Shown here piece by piece: positions 11,520 through 22,916 of a DNA stretch of 54,065 bases. Source of the stretch: Rhodospirillales bacterium (GTDB lineage Bacteria; Pseudomonadota; Alphaproteobacteria; Bin95); assembly GCA_038143065.1 (NCBI GenBank), contig JAYQLI010000030.1, forward strand, positions 1 through 54,065. The letters are read 5' to 3'. The notes below the pieces were generated by a model. The model was not told the origin of the DNA and ran no database searches. It saw only the letters and a program-made list of their open reading frames with translations. How positions within the stretch are numbered: the first letter of the stretch is position 1; every line of letters begins with the position of its first letter. The position numbers and the translations under genes are program-made.

Positions 11520-14500
11520 ATGGCTGGTTATACCCGGACAATCCGTCGCTGACATTATCAACGGTGCAGAAATTACTGCACCACCCATTAATGCGGAGTT
11601 CAACCAGCTTGTCTCCGCATTTAATGCGACTACGGGCCATGCTCACGATGGTTCGACAGGTAATGCTCCAAAGATCGATCTGACAACATCTGTCACGGGC
11701 TATCTACCAGCTGCCAACGGCGGGATAGGGGGCCTTAACAAGTTCGATGCAACCACTGCACCAGCCGTGAGCAATGACAACACCGAGGGTTATGCACCAG
11801 GGTCACTTTGGGAAAACACCACTGATGGCCGTGTCTATATCTGCGTTGGAAATACTTGAAGGTGCAGCCGTTTGGCGTGAACTGGTCACAGTTTCATCAC
11901 AAGTTTGAGCCGGTCACGTTGGCATAACAGACCTTTATTTGGTACAACCAGACTTCACACTCTTCAGGTGGGTTCCACAATTGAGGGGGCTTAGACCTTT
12001 GCTGGAACACTTACTGGTGTTTCTGGTCCGCTGATCGTGAGGGACCTATTCCAGAGGGCGGAGCAACTGATTGAGGGCAACAACCACATTCTAATGCTGA
12101 TGAGGGACGTTAGGTGTTACGGGCGCAACGATCGCTAGGCGGTAATGCTGCGACAGGAACGTTGGGGGTTACTGGAGACGCCACTTTCGCAAACTTATCT
12201 GCGACTGGCACCACAACGATCACCTCAATCGATCTGAACTCAGGTGCAATCGATAATACGGCGATCGGTGGAACCACAACAGCTGCGGCTGGTACATTTA
12301 CCACGCTGACCGCTAATACAAGCCTCACAGCAGCTACAGCAGATATTAACGGCGGTACAATCGACGGTGCCACCATTGGTGCAAGCACACCTTCGACAGG
12401 TGACTTCACAACACTTTCATCTTCAGGTCTCGCAAGTCTGACATCAGTTAATATTGATGGAGGTGCCATTGATGGTACTGTGATTGGTGCGACTACTGCG
12501 GCGGCGGGTAGCTCACAACAGTCCCATGAACTGGTCAGGCGACTTTAGCCACCGTTGATATTAACGGCGGTGCGATTGATGGCGCCACGATTGGTGCAAC
12601 CACTGCTTCAACAGGCGCATTCACGTCTTTGTCTGCCTCGTCTGGGCTGACTGGCGATGTAACTGGTAACGTCACAGGTAACCTCACTGGCGATGTGACA
12701 GGGGATGTGACGGGTGACGTTACGGGTGATTTGACGGGCAACGTCACAGCTTCCACAGGTTCATCCGTTCAATAACGTGACCATTAACGGTAGCCTCGAC
12801 ATGAACTCTGGCACCACAGCCACGATCACGAACCTGACTAGCCCAACAAATACAAACGACGCAGCTACCAAAAGGCTATGTTGATACACAAGTTGCCAAT
12901 TTGGTTGATAGCGCACCAGGAAACGCTTGATACGCTGAATGAATAGCGGCTGCACTCAACGACGATCCAAACTTTAGCACCACTATCACAAACAGCATTG
13001 GACCAAGCTGCCTCTAGCTGGCGGTACAATGACTGGCGCCATCGCTATGGGTACGTCCAAGATCACTGGTCTTGGCGATCCAACGGCTGCGCAGGACGCC
13101 GCCACAAAGAATTACGTTGACAACGCAGGATGCCCTACAGTTGACGAAAACAGGCGGCACTATGTCCGGCGCTATTGCGATGGCAGTTTCAACAACATCA
13201 CTGGTTTGGCTACGATAGCTGTGCCAATGACCATGCTGCTAACAAGTCATACGTCGATGGCATTCTTGGATCAGCTACAGCGGCATCTGCCTCGGCTGCG
13301 GCTGCGGCGACCAGCGAAAATAATGCCGCAACTTCTGCAACTGCTGCGGCAGCTAGCGCATCCACAGCTTCTTCTGATGCCGCTACTGTGGTGAATCTTT
13401 ATGACGACTTTGATGATCGTTATCTAGGAGCAAAGGCAAGCGCCCCAACGGTTGATAATGATGGTGATGCACTTGTTGTCGGAGCATTGTATTTCAACAG
13501 CACCAACAACATCATGTACGTCTATGGTTCTGGTGCTGGGTGACTGCAGGTTCATCAGTAAACGGTACGTCAGACCGCCAGACTTTACACTGCTATTGCA
13601 AACCAAACGGTCTTTGCTGCTACCTATGATGCAGGTTATGTGGATGTCTACCTGAACGGTGTTGCTACTAGCAGGAACTGACTTCACAGCTACTAACGGT
13701 ACAAGCATTACGCTTGCCTCTGGTGCTGCAGTAAACGACATCGTGGACATTGTGGAAGTTACGGTACATTCGTCCTAGCCGATCACCTCACAGAAACGCA
13801 GCCCATTGCGAAGTATGTGTAGCAATCGCATACAGTGGTGATGTTGATATTGCTGGTCTTGTTAAAATAGAAGGCATACATTTTGGACTTGTTATAAATG
13901 AGACAGACACAACTGATTTAAACACTTACTTTAATAGCAACAGTGGTAATTTCAGACTATTTACAACGGCGATGCTCGCATCTTTTATCATTGAAAGAAT
14001 GTGTTGATCAATTTACAGGCGACATCAGCTTCTACGACACCTTCAGAAACCTAGTTCTTCTGGATGCGGCTGATGAACGGTTGGGCGGGTAGCACAACCA
14101 CTCAAGCCAAATTACATCTAATCAGCCTTAACAAATCAAACGATTCAGCACTTAGAATCACTAACAATGCCGCTGGATCAGAATATATTGATCTTCAATC
14201 TGGAATAAATGGTGTATCAAATGCTGGTTTTCAGCTAGGCGTTAATGGCACAGCACGGTTAGTAGTAAATGACAGCGGCAATGTCGGGATTGGGACGATT
14301 TCAAGCAAGGTAAGCGCAAGACTAACTGTATCGTAAGGTTCAAGTGGTGGCTCTGCAACAGTAACGCTGAAGTTATTGAGGACAACAGCAACACTTACTT
14401 AAACTTAATGTCGCCAAATGGCTTTAATAATGGCATTTATTTTGGTGATGCTGCTGATAATGACATAGGTTATATAAACTATGCTCATGGTTCTGACAGT

Positions 14501-15834
14501 ATGGCATTTGGTGTTAATGCAGCAGAACGCATGTACATCGACAGCAGCGGTGCCATGATCCACAAGGGTGCGGCTACTCTCAATGAAGACGGTGTAAACG
14601 CAAACTTCCGCATTGAAAGTGACAATGATGGCTAACTCTCTTTGTGGCGGATGCTGACAGCGGTGATTTGGGTAGTATCGGCATTCACACTAACAGGCCC
14701 TAGCACTGACTTGGACATTGTTGGCGGTATGCGTAGCCGCTATCGACTTACAAACAATCCCGGTGGTCAGACAGGGGCGTAAACGACAACTACTGGAAAT
14801 TTGGAACCCTTACACTTGGGGCGGTAGCTGCCGCTGAGATAACAATTTATGGTACTGCAAGCTACAGTTCTGGCTATTCAATCGCAGGTAAAACAATGAT
14901 TGTTCTTGCGTGGCGGTACATCCTCCACGACACTAGATGGTATGGTGGTACGAAGGTGAGTTTAATTCAAGCCAAGTTAAGGATGTCGTCTATGTCCCAA
15001 CTGGGACTGGTAACGAGTTGACATCTACGTTAAATTTGGAAACTACCAGTGCTTCGATCACGAAGTCGTAACAGGCGGCAAGTGGGTAAATGCTATCACG
15101 AACACAGGCAGTTCCTCACCACCCTCTGGTCTCAGCTACTTAGCCGTGAATACAGCATCTGGAACGGCGACAATAACTTCTGGTACTGATGTTAATGGTG
15201 GCGTAGGTATGTCTTCTTCAACGAAAATGGCGGTAACATCGACTTCCGTGTTGAAAGTGACAGCAGCAGCTATGCTTTCTTTTTGGATGCATCAGCCAAA
15301 CGTAATTAATATTGACAATCATCAGCCGAATCACATCGCCTAACGCTTACTTTGCGGAGATAGGTCAGGCGGGTTTCCATATATGGCGGTAGCTAACACT
15401 TCAACATCCTCAACGAGTTCCCCGCTTTATTTGAACCGGACATAGTTCGGATGGACGCATCATTACGCTTCGTAGGGCAAACTCTACAGTTGGGTCTATC
15501 GACAAGTACTTCTGGCACCACCTACAACACCACCTCAGACCGCCGCCTAAAGACTGGACATTCAGCCTATCGAAAACGGCACTGAGAAGCTGATGGCGAT
15601 GAACCCTCGTCACTCACAAGTGGAAGGCTGATCCGCACAGGTGAAACAGTCCACGGCTTTATCGCACAGGAAATGCAGGAGATCGTCCCAGAGGCCGTAT
15701 CAGGTGATCCTGATGGCGAAGATGATGTCTACGGATTACGGACGCATCACGCCTGTCCTAGTGCAGCATTGCAGGATGCGATGAAAGAGATAACGGCACT
15801 GAAAGAACGTGTCGCAGAATTGGAGGCTAAGTAA
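11520..15834 (+). CDS. Long tail fibre with C-terminal peptidase S74 intramolecular chaperone (may be more than one gene)
   Basis: MAGYTRQSVADIINGAEITAPPINAEFNQL N-terminus; DINGGxIDG and GDVT repeats; DAATKNYVD motifs; GNVGIGT repeats; SDRRLK..IQPIENG..HGFIAQEMQEIVPEAV at ~15535-15700. Confidence 0.8.
12180..12750 (+). repeat. Coding repeats in tail fibre: ~4 (D/N)IxGG(A/T)IDGxxIG units, then ~8 G(D/N)(V/L)T tetrapeptides
   Basis: Visible in ORF 12114-12548 and in DNA 12650-12750 (GGCGATGTAACTGGTAACGTCACAGGTAACCTCACT...). Confidence 0.75.
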
Positions 15835-16284
15835 TGGGCGTTTCATTAAACACCAGTGGTCTAGCATACAGTGGTATTGACTAAGTTGAGACTGCACCGG
15901 ACGGACAAATCTACACCCCAAACGGTAGTGGTGGCTCTGTCATGGGGCGCATACTCTTATACCCAAGATAACAATGGAGACACGGCTACAGGACAGAATA
16001 TCTTAGGGCCAAGTGGTGGTAATTACCTTTCTGAGGTCACTAATGGTCAGTACACAGAGTTTGTAATTGTTACGTTGGGTACAGGAACGAATAACGCCTA
16101 CTGCCATTATAGGTACGACAACAACTCCGACTTAAACTACTACAACCTATCGTTCATTTCTGGGAACAGTGGTTCTTCTTCAAACCGTCCGTATATGGTG
16201 CTTTCTGGTGCAAACCCACAATGGAACAGTGGGCCCACGGGAAATTACACGGTTTCTATTTTTGTTAAGAATGTGGGGCATTAA
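15834..16284 (+). CDS. Hypothetical tail-associated protein
   Basis: ORF 15871-16284, Gly/Asn/Tyr-rich; start overlaps the tail fibre stop. Confidence 0.5.
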
Positions 16285-16288
16285 TAGT

Positions 16289-16600
16289 ATGAATATTACT
16301 ATTAATGAAGTTCCGTGGCTTTGGGAATTTAACGGTGAAGAATGGGGGCTTCGATCCTCGCTTGCCTCGTACACACGAACTTGAGCAGTTCACCATTCCG
16401 AGTGAGACACAGGAACAAATTGTAAATGACCACCATCTGAAGTATCAGAAAGGTGAGAAATGAACTCCTAGCAGAAACAGATTGTGGGCAAACTTCAGAC
16501 CCTACCATGACCGCTGAACAAACAGCATACTGACAAGCCCTTCGTGACATCACTGACACTTATACATCACTTAGATGATGTTTGGCCTACGAAACCATAA
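16289..16600 (+). CDS. Tail fibre assembly chaperone-like protein
   Basis: RKVRNELLAETD...MTAEQTAY.QALRDITDTYTSLDDV.WPTKP pattern across frameshifts. Confidence 0.65.
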
Positions 16601-16610
16601 GGACAGATAA

Positions 16611-18530
16611 ATGAGTAAAGCACGGACACTAGCCGATTTTATTTCAGACGCAGTAGCGAGTTTGCTGACGGTACGATTAGCGAAAGCGGAAGTGTCTGGT
16701 GCCGCCCCACTCGCAAGCCCCAGTTTTACGGGTAACCTGACTACAGGCGGGAATATCACGTTAGACGAAGCATCGCCTCTGCACACGGTGAAGCGACAAA
16801 GTTGCTGACTGCTTCTGGCAATGGCTACTATCAGGATTTGCGTATTTCTGCCAACGACTACGATTTTTCCGCTACGGGCCAAGCGCATGGAACTCAGCGT
16901 ATTCCGCATTGCAGATTAGCAGCACAGGTAGCGTTGTATTCAACGAAGGTGGGCTAGACGCAGATACTCGTTTTGAAGGCACTTCCTGACTCTAACGTAT
17001 TAGCAGTAAATGCGGGTAATAACAGGGTAGGCGTGGGTACCAATGGCGGCTTACATAAGCTGGAGTGTACTTCACACAGGTACGGCTCTTGGTGGCGTAG
17101 CACACTTCTATTGGTTCCGCTGCGTCAGCATACGCCACAACTGTGTTTAGAGTTGATGATGTTGATAACAACTTTGCAATAGACCAGAACTAACGCAAGC
17201 CAAGACCGTAAATAGGCTGTTCATTAAGCGTACTAATGGATATGTTTGCATTGGCGGTTACTTGCTCAACGCAATGTTACACGTTGAGTCTAACGGCAGC
17301 GGTAATTACGCCGCCATAGTCAATCACACGCAAGCGACGAACCCTAACGGCCTTTGGATTAACTATTCTGGTTCAGGCTACATTGATACTTATGCTCTTC
17401 GTATCCAAAATACGGATGGTGTTATTTGGGATCAGCGTGGGACAGGTAGCCTTTTTCACTATGCTCAAGACAACGCTACAGTTAGGTTCAACACAGGTGC
17501 TGCTAGTGTAGATTTTCAGGTCAAAAGTGATCTATACTCTAATATGCTTTTCGTCGATGGTTCAGCTAATCGTGTTGGCATCGGTACAGGCTCACCACAG
17601 GCTACTTTCGTCGTAGGGAACTAATGGCGTACAAAACAGTTCAAATGTTGTTGTGGTTTCAGGCGGTACCACAAATAATCACGGCTTATTTAAGGTCTTC
17701 GATTCCTCTGGCACAGCAAAATTCAGAGTTGATGCCGAATTAGGTCGTGTAGGTATTAACAATGATAGCCCCAGTTGGACTTTTGATGTTCAAGCTGGAG
17801 CGGCAGGTCTGATAGGTACATTCTACGACACAGACGAATGGCGGCGGTATGTATAATGCAGGTGCTGCAGTCTTGTCAGTATCTCGTCGATCAAATGGTA
17901 GCACTCTCAACATGGTGAACTTTTTAGGAGTAGGTCGGGACAACTCAGATGAGCAGTACAAGCTAAGCAACGTATCAGAGAGTTTTTTCACTGTTCGCAG
18001 TGACAGCGTTGTTGTGAATGAGAGTAGCAACAGCAGTCTTGACCTCCGTGTTGAGAGTGACGGTCAAACATAATGCTTTGCAGGTCGATGCTAGTGTGAC
18101 TGAGTTACTGTAGGAACGAAAGCACAAACTACATCGGTTCAAATCGGAGGCGATACGCACGAAGAGTTTGGGTTTTGTTTGCAATACGCTATCCCGCTAC
18201 AAAATATTTGACCTTAGCGGCGGCGGAACAGGAAACGATTTTGGCGTAGAAATCACCTGCTTGGCAGTAGGGGTGGCTCGTTAAACCACGGGTACTTGAA
18301 AGTCTATGCTGCGGGTAAACCCGTATGGCCCACACACTGCATTAATGAGTGCACAAAGTTGCGGGAACATCCACTGTTCTAAGGGTCATCTGGAACAGGA
18401 CCAAGGGGTTTATATTGAGGTACAGAACTCTTCAACCGCCGCCCCACAATATAGAGCGATAACGAAGGGATAATCCCTGGACAACATATACGTTGGATGA
18501 CCCAAATAACCTGCACCCTAGCAGTGCATA
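16611..18530 (+). CDS. Second tail fibre / receptor-binding protein (frameshifted)
   Basis: MSKARTLADFIS start; APLASPSFTG; repeated DFxV(K/E)SD..NMLFVDGSANRVGIGT modules. Confidence 0.7.
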
Positions 18531-18557
18531 AATCAGCCATAAAAGGAGAAACAGACA

Positions 18558-18905
18558 ATGGCTATCACTTGGAAAATAAATGATATGAAACGAGACACCG
18601 CTACTGGTGGCGTGAATACAGTCTACTGGGAATGTCGTGTAACCGAAGACGATACTCACACAGATTGCACGGCAGTAGAAGGTGGTAAATTACGCTTGGA
18701 GCCTGATGCTACGGCGGCAGACTTTATTGCGTATGCTGATCTAACCGAAGCCACAGTTTTGGCTGGGTTTATGACAGTTTAATTGAAGGCGATGAAACAG
18801 CAGCAGAAGCAAAGCAGCGCATCGAGAACAATCGCCAGGGTAAAGTCACTGCACAGGTTGCTCGTAAGACAGCCAAAGCAAACGGTATGCCTTGGGCGGC
18901 TTAAC
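18558..18905 (+). CDS. Conserved tail-fibre-associated hypothetical protein
   Basis: MAITWKINDMKRDTATGGVNTVYWEC...DFIAYADLTEATVL; strong SD AAGGAG. Confidence 0.65.
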
Positions 18906-18921
18906 TTAAAGGAAACCGACA

Positions 18922-19141
18922 ATGGCAGAAAAAAAAAAACCATCGTCATTGATGAAAAAGAATACACCGAAGATCAGCTGACAGATCAGCAAAAAATGAT
19001 GGTAAATCATATTGCAGATTTGGAACGCAAAATCGGAACTACTCAGTTCAACTTGGACCAACTGAACGTTGGTCGTGCGGCTTTCATGCAGCACCTCACT
19101 TTTCGCTAAATAGCGAAGAAAACGTAGAAAAAGCGGCATAA
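18922..19141 (+). CDS. Small conserved phage protein
   Basis: IVIDEKEYTEDQLTDQQKMMVNHIADLERKIGTTQFNLDQLNVGRAAF. Confidence 0.6.
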
Positions 19142-19204
19142 ATCGCTTTTAAAACCACACGTTTTGTGGTACAATGTGACGTATATAATCCCTTAAAATT
19201 ACAT

Positions 19205-19631
19205 ATGATCACCACACAGAAAGCTGTGATCGACAGCTTGTTTTTGTTCAACCAATCTGAAGAACATAAATTGTTCACACTGGTTGAATTTTCCCACTAT
19301 TGCCTCTTCCCGCTCATCCACCAAAAGGTCCAGTTGTTTTATGACAACAATAAACCTGTTGGGTTTGTTTCATGGGCTTGGGTGACCGAGGAAGAGGCAT
19401 CAGAATTTTTATCAGAACGCTGGATGCCAGGCGAAGAAGTTTGGAAGCGACCTGATCAAATAGATGACCAATATCAGCTTTGGGGAATAGATTTTATCGC
19501 CCCGTTTGGTCATTCAGTTTCGGTCATGCGAGGCATGATGAAACATTCACAATCCGTCCTTGGAAGGCGTGTTCCTGCCAGGATGGCGACGGTTCGATCA
19601 GCCAGACAAAATTCATAAAAAGGAGTTCTAG
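19205..19631 (+). CDS. HlyC-like (RTX toxin-activating lysine acyltransferase family) protein
   Basis: N-terminal S-x-x-H (NQSEEH), KPVGFVSWAW, and LWGIDFIAPFGH, matching the hallmark motifs of the HlyC family. Confidence 0.8.
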
Positions 19632-19632
19632 C

Positions 19633-21762
19633 ATGGGCGGCGGAGGCGGCGGGGATACCGTAACGAATACCTACACAGGATTGGGTGACGACCAGTTTGC
19701 GAACTTGCAAGGTGGTCAAGGCACAATTCAAGAAAACCAAGCAAACATTGCTGGCAGCATTGATTCAGCAAGAACTGACGCTGATGCTAGTTCAGAATAT
19801 TTACGACAGATTTAACAATCTCGTGAGCGTCAAGATAACGTGGATCAGCGATTGGCTCCAAAGGTCAAAGATTTGATTTCACACCCTGCGCACTCGCATT
19901 CAACGACAGCCTTAGGCGGAAACAAGCCACGGGGCTTCAGGATCAAGATTTAAAATATGACGTTAATGGCGATGGAAAGTTGATCAGCGGGATGCTGAAG
20001 GCATGATGAGCAACATCGTTGGCCTTGATTGAACACCGTTGATACGGGCCTATACAAAGAGTTCGCCGACCAGAATAAAAACCTCGATCAAGTTTGGAAA
20101 TGTCACCACGCAGTTTGGTGATTTAACCCGTGACAAGGTCAACAGGCCGTTGGATTCAACGGGGAGGGTCGCTTGATCTCAGCACATTTTGATGATGTTG
20201 AGAGTTGGTTTAGGAACCAATCGATGCCATTTGACGCTGTCGGCGAAGTTCAAACAACCGCAGACTGACAATTGATAGTAATACGGAAAACTTGGGGCGA
20301 CATTAGATACGCTGGCAACAAATCAAACCCGTGGCCAAACGCTTCGGTGATACTCTCGACCAGGTTTGATGACAGCAAGTGAAGATGGTTTTGTGATGCT
20401 CAAACCAGCCGTGAAGACATTGAACGAATCTGCGGGTCTGGGGAACGTGACAGACATCGTAGATGACTTGTCTGATTTAGGACGTGCACAGAGGACGTTC
20501 TGGTATCCGGACTTATGAGGACGCCTACGAGATGAACTCTAGGTGACGTTGAGAACACCACCGATCAATTTGATGACTAGCTTTATTGACGACTATATCG
20601 ATCGCTACGGTGACGACGTTGATCAGGCAGTTGAAGAACGATCAAACATTCTCACGGGTACTACAAACAAGACAACGTGGTCGACAGTGTAGGATGATCT
20701 GGGCGAGATATTGCGGCACAGTTTGGTGGATCAGAAGCCTTTAACGATCAGATTTAATCACGATCGATGCTGATAACGGTGATGTGATTACAGGATTTAT
20801 CAAGGCAACTTGGTTGAAACTTTAGACGGTGGATTCTAGGACAGACCGAAACAAAGTGGATCAGCCGTGAGAGGCCGGTGGCTTAGAGGAAACGATCGGA
20901 AGATGTGTCATCGTTGTTTGATGCGCAAAACGCCACCTTGACCGATCAGGGTTCTGAACTGCTTTCCATTGGCATGAATATGGAGGGGCTATCAGATCAA
21001 CAGAAAACTGATTCCAAGTTATTTCAGGAGCATTTGATCACAGGGCAATCTGATCCGTACAGGCCAAGATGAAATGGGCAACTTGGTAGAGCGTGAGATT
21101 GGATGCCAACGGCAACCTGATCGAACGTAAGTTTGATGACCAAGGCAATCTGCTTGGATCGAGACTGCGCTAAACGTGAATGACGTTATTTCTGGATTGA
21201 ACCAGCTAGATACGATCCTGGCAAATCCAGCAAGGGTTTGAAGGGGTTCAAGACGAGTTCAGTGAACAAGAGGGCATCATGGCTGAGATGGTCTGCAGAC
21301 CAAAGACAGCAGATGGCGATACACAGGATCAAATCACGACAGGTTTCGATGCCACCAGCAAACGATGGACACCCAACGATACGTGACCTAGCTTGGTGGC
21401 CATCACAGATGGACGATCTGGATATGGAATGCGTCAGCAGTTCTATCAACTGGATGCGCTTTTGACGACAATGGCGAACTGATTAGAAATACCATCGATG
21501 ACAATGGAAATACGATCCAACGGTCAATCGATACAAATGGAAACATTTTGCTTCAAGCCTTTCGACAATACAGGTCAATCAATAGGGCAAAATGTGATCA
21601 ATATTAATAGGGCGCTGGGCGATTTGGCTGATCTCGAAACAATGCCTGGCGCTAACATTTCGATGGGTAATTTGTCGCCAGCGTTACAGGCAGACCCACG
21701 AAGCAGATCAGCCGAACGTGCCGACCTCTGGGTTTATGGCACCTTACACGGAAACACGATAA
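19633..21762 (+). CDS. Putative internal virion (ejected) protein, acidic, starting MGGGGGG; heavily frameshifted
   Basis: SD AAGGAG then MGGGGGGDTVTNTYTGLGD; dockerin/EF-hand-like YDVNGDGKVDQRD at ~19955; repeated D(x)NGN(L/T)I units at 21030-21160 and 21460-21580. Confidence 0.55.
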
Positions 21763-22490
21763 TGCATCCCACCACAGTATCAGAAGACGGCATCGAACTC
21801 GTAAAACGTTTCGAGGGCCTTCACAAAGTACAAGAAGACGGCATGGTCGCAGCATACCGCTGCCCAGCTGGTAAATGGACCATCGGTTATGGATCAACAA
21901 AAGGCGTTCGCTCTGGAATGAAAAATGACTGAAGCAGAATGCGAACAACGCCTAATCCATGATTTGAAGGACGCTGAAGCAGAGGTTAAGCGCAGTGTTT
22001 CAGTCCCGCTAACACAGGGTCAGTACGATGCCTTGGTCTCATTTGTCTTCAACTGGGGCTGGCAACTTTCGTAGTTCAACACTGCTGAAAAAAGCTCAAT
22101 CAGGGTCTTTATAATGATGTTCCTGAGCAGATCATGCGATGGAACAAAGCCCGTGTTGAAGGCAAGCTGACAGTTTTAAATGGTTTGACACGAAGACGTG
22201 CTGCAGAAGCTGCTATCTTTCTTCAGACGCAAACTTCCAGCAGATGAAGGTGGACCTATTGGACCACAAAAGGTGACTGCAGCGGCCAAAAACCGCTTAA
22301 AAAGTCTAAAACAAATGGCAGGTGCGGGTATTGCTGGTGCAGCAACTGCGCTGGGTGAGATCACTCCACAGATTGAAGCCTTGGTGCCTTACAGCGCAGC
22401 ATGAAAACGATCTTTTTGTTGTGTGCGCTGGGCGGCATTGCTTTGGCGGCTTACGCACGGTTTTCAGACCATAAGCAGGGCATCCATTAA
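21762..22490 (+). CDS. Endolysin, GH24 lysozyme, with C-terminal hydrophobic extension
   Basis: MHPTTVSEDGIELVKRFEG...AYRCPAGKWTIGYGST, LTQGQYDALVSFVFNLG, RWNKA...NGLTRRRAAEA. Confidence 0.88.
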
Positions 22491-22735
22491 TGTTTAACAT
22501 TTTTGGCAAAATCAAAACCTACATCATCGCAACTTTAGCTTTGGCCTTACCGATCATCTACGTCATGGGACGTGTGAAAGGTAAAGCAGCCGAAAAAAAC
22601 AAAGTTCTGCGTGATGACTTGGACACCCAAAAAAAGGTGTCGAACTTTTATGAAAAGATGGCAGAGCATGAAGACGATCCTTCCACTAACGATCGCAACA
22701 GCCTTACTGAGCGGTTGCGCAGAGACGGTTTATAG
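22490..22735 (+). CDS. Inner-membrane spanin (Rz-like)
   Basis: Single N-terminal TM helix (YIIATLALALPIIYVMG) then a charged periplasmic tail; follows the endolysin and overlaps a lipoprotein gene. Confidence 0.6.
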   Translation: MFNIFGKIKTYIIATLALALPIIYVMGRVKGKAAEKNKVLRDDLDTQKKVSNFYEKMAEHEDDPSTNDRNSLTERLRRDGL

Positions 22736-22916
22736 GACTGATCTGGAAGTTTATTGCCCACCGATGGAGCAATACTCCTCCGAATGGAACACAGCATTGG
22801 CAGATGAATTGGATGCGCTAGAGGACGACTACACGTCGATCCCGATGGCGATAAACGATTACGCAAAGCTGCGTGATCGCATCCGCACATGCCAGAAGGA
22901 AAAGGATAAGTTGTGA
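22668..22916 (+). CDS. Outer-membrane spanin lipoprotein (Rz1-like)
   Basis: MKTILPLTIATALLSG-C lipobox; overlaps the upstream gene in another frame. Confidence 0.7.
   Translation: MKTILPLTIATALLSGCAETVYRTDLEVYCPPMEQYSSEWNTALADELDALEDDYTSIPMAINDYAKLRDRIRTCQKEKDKL

Noticed and set aside
11520-18530. Diversity-generating retroelement acting on tail fibres
   Set aside because: No reverse transcriptase and no template/variable repeat pair with adenine-specific differences was seen.
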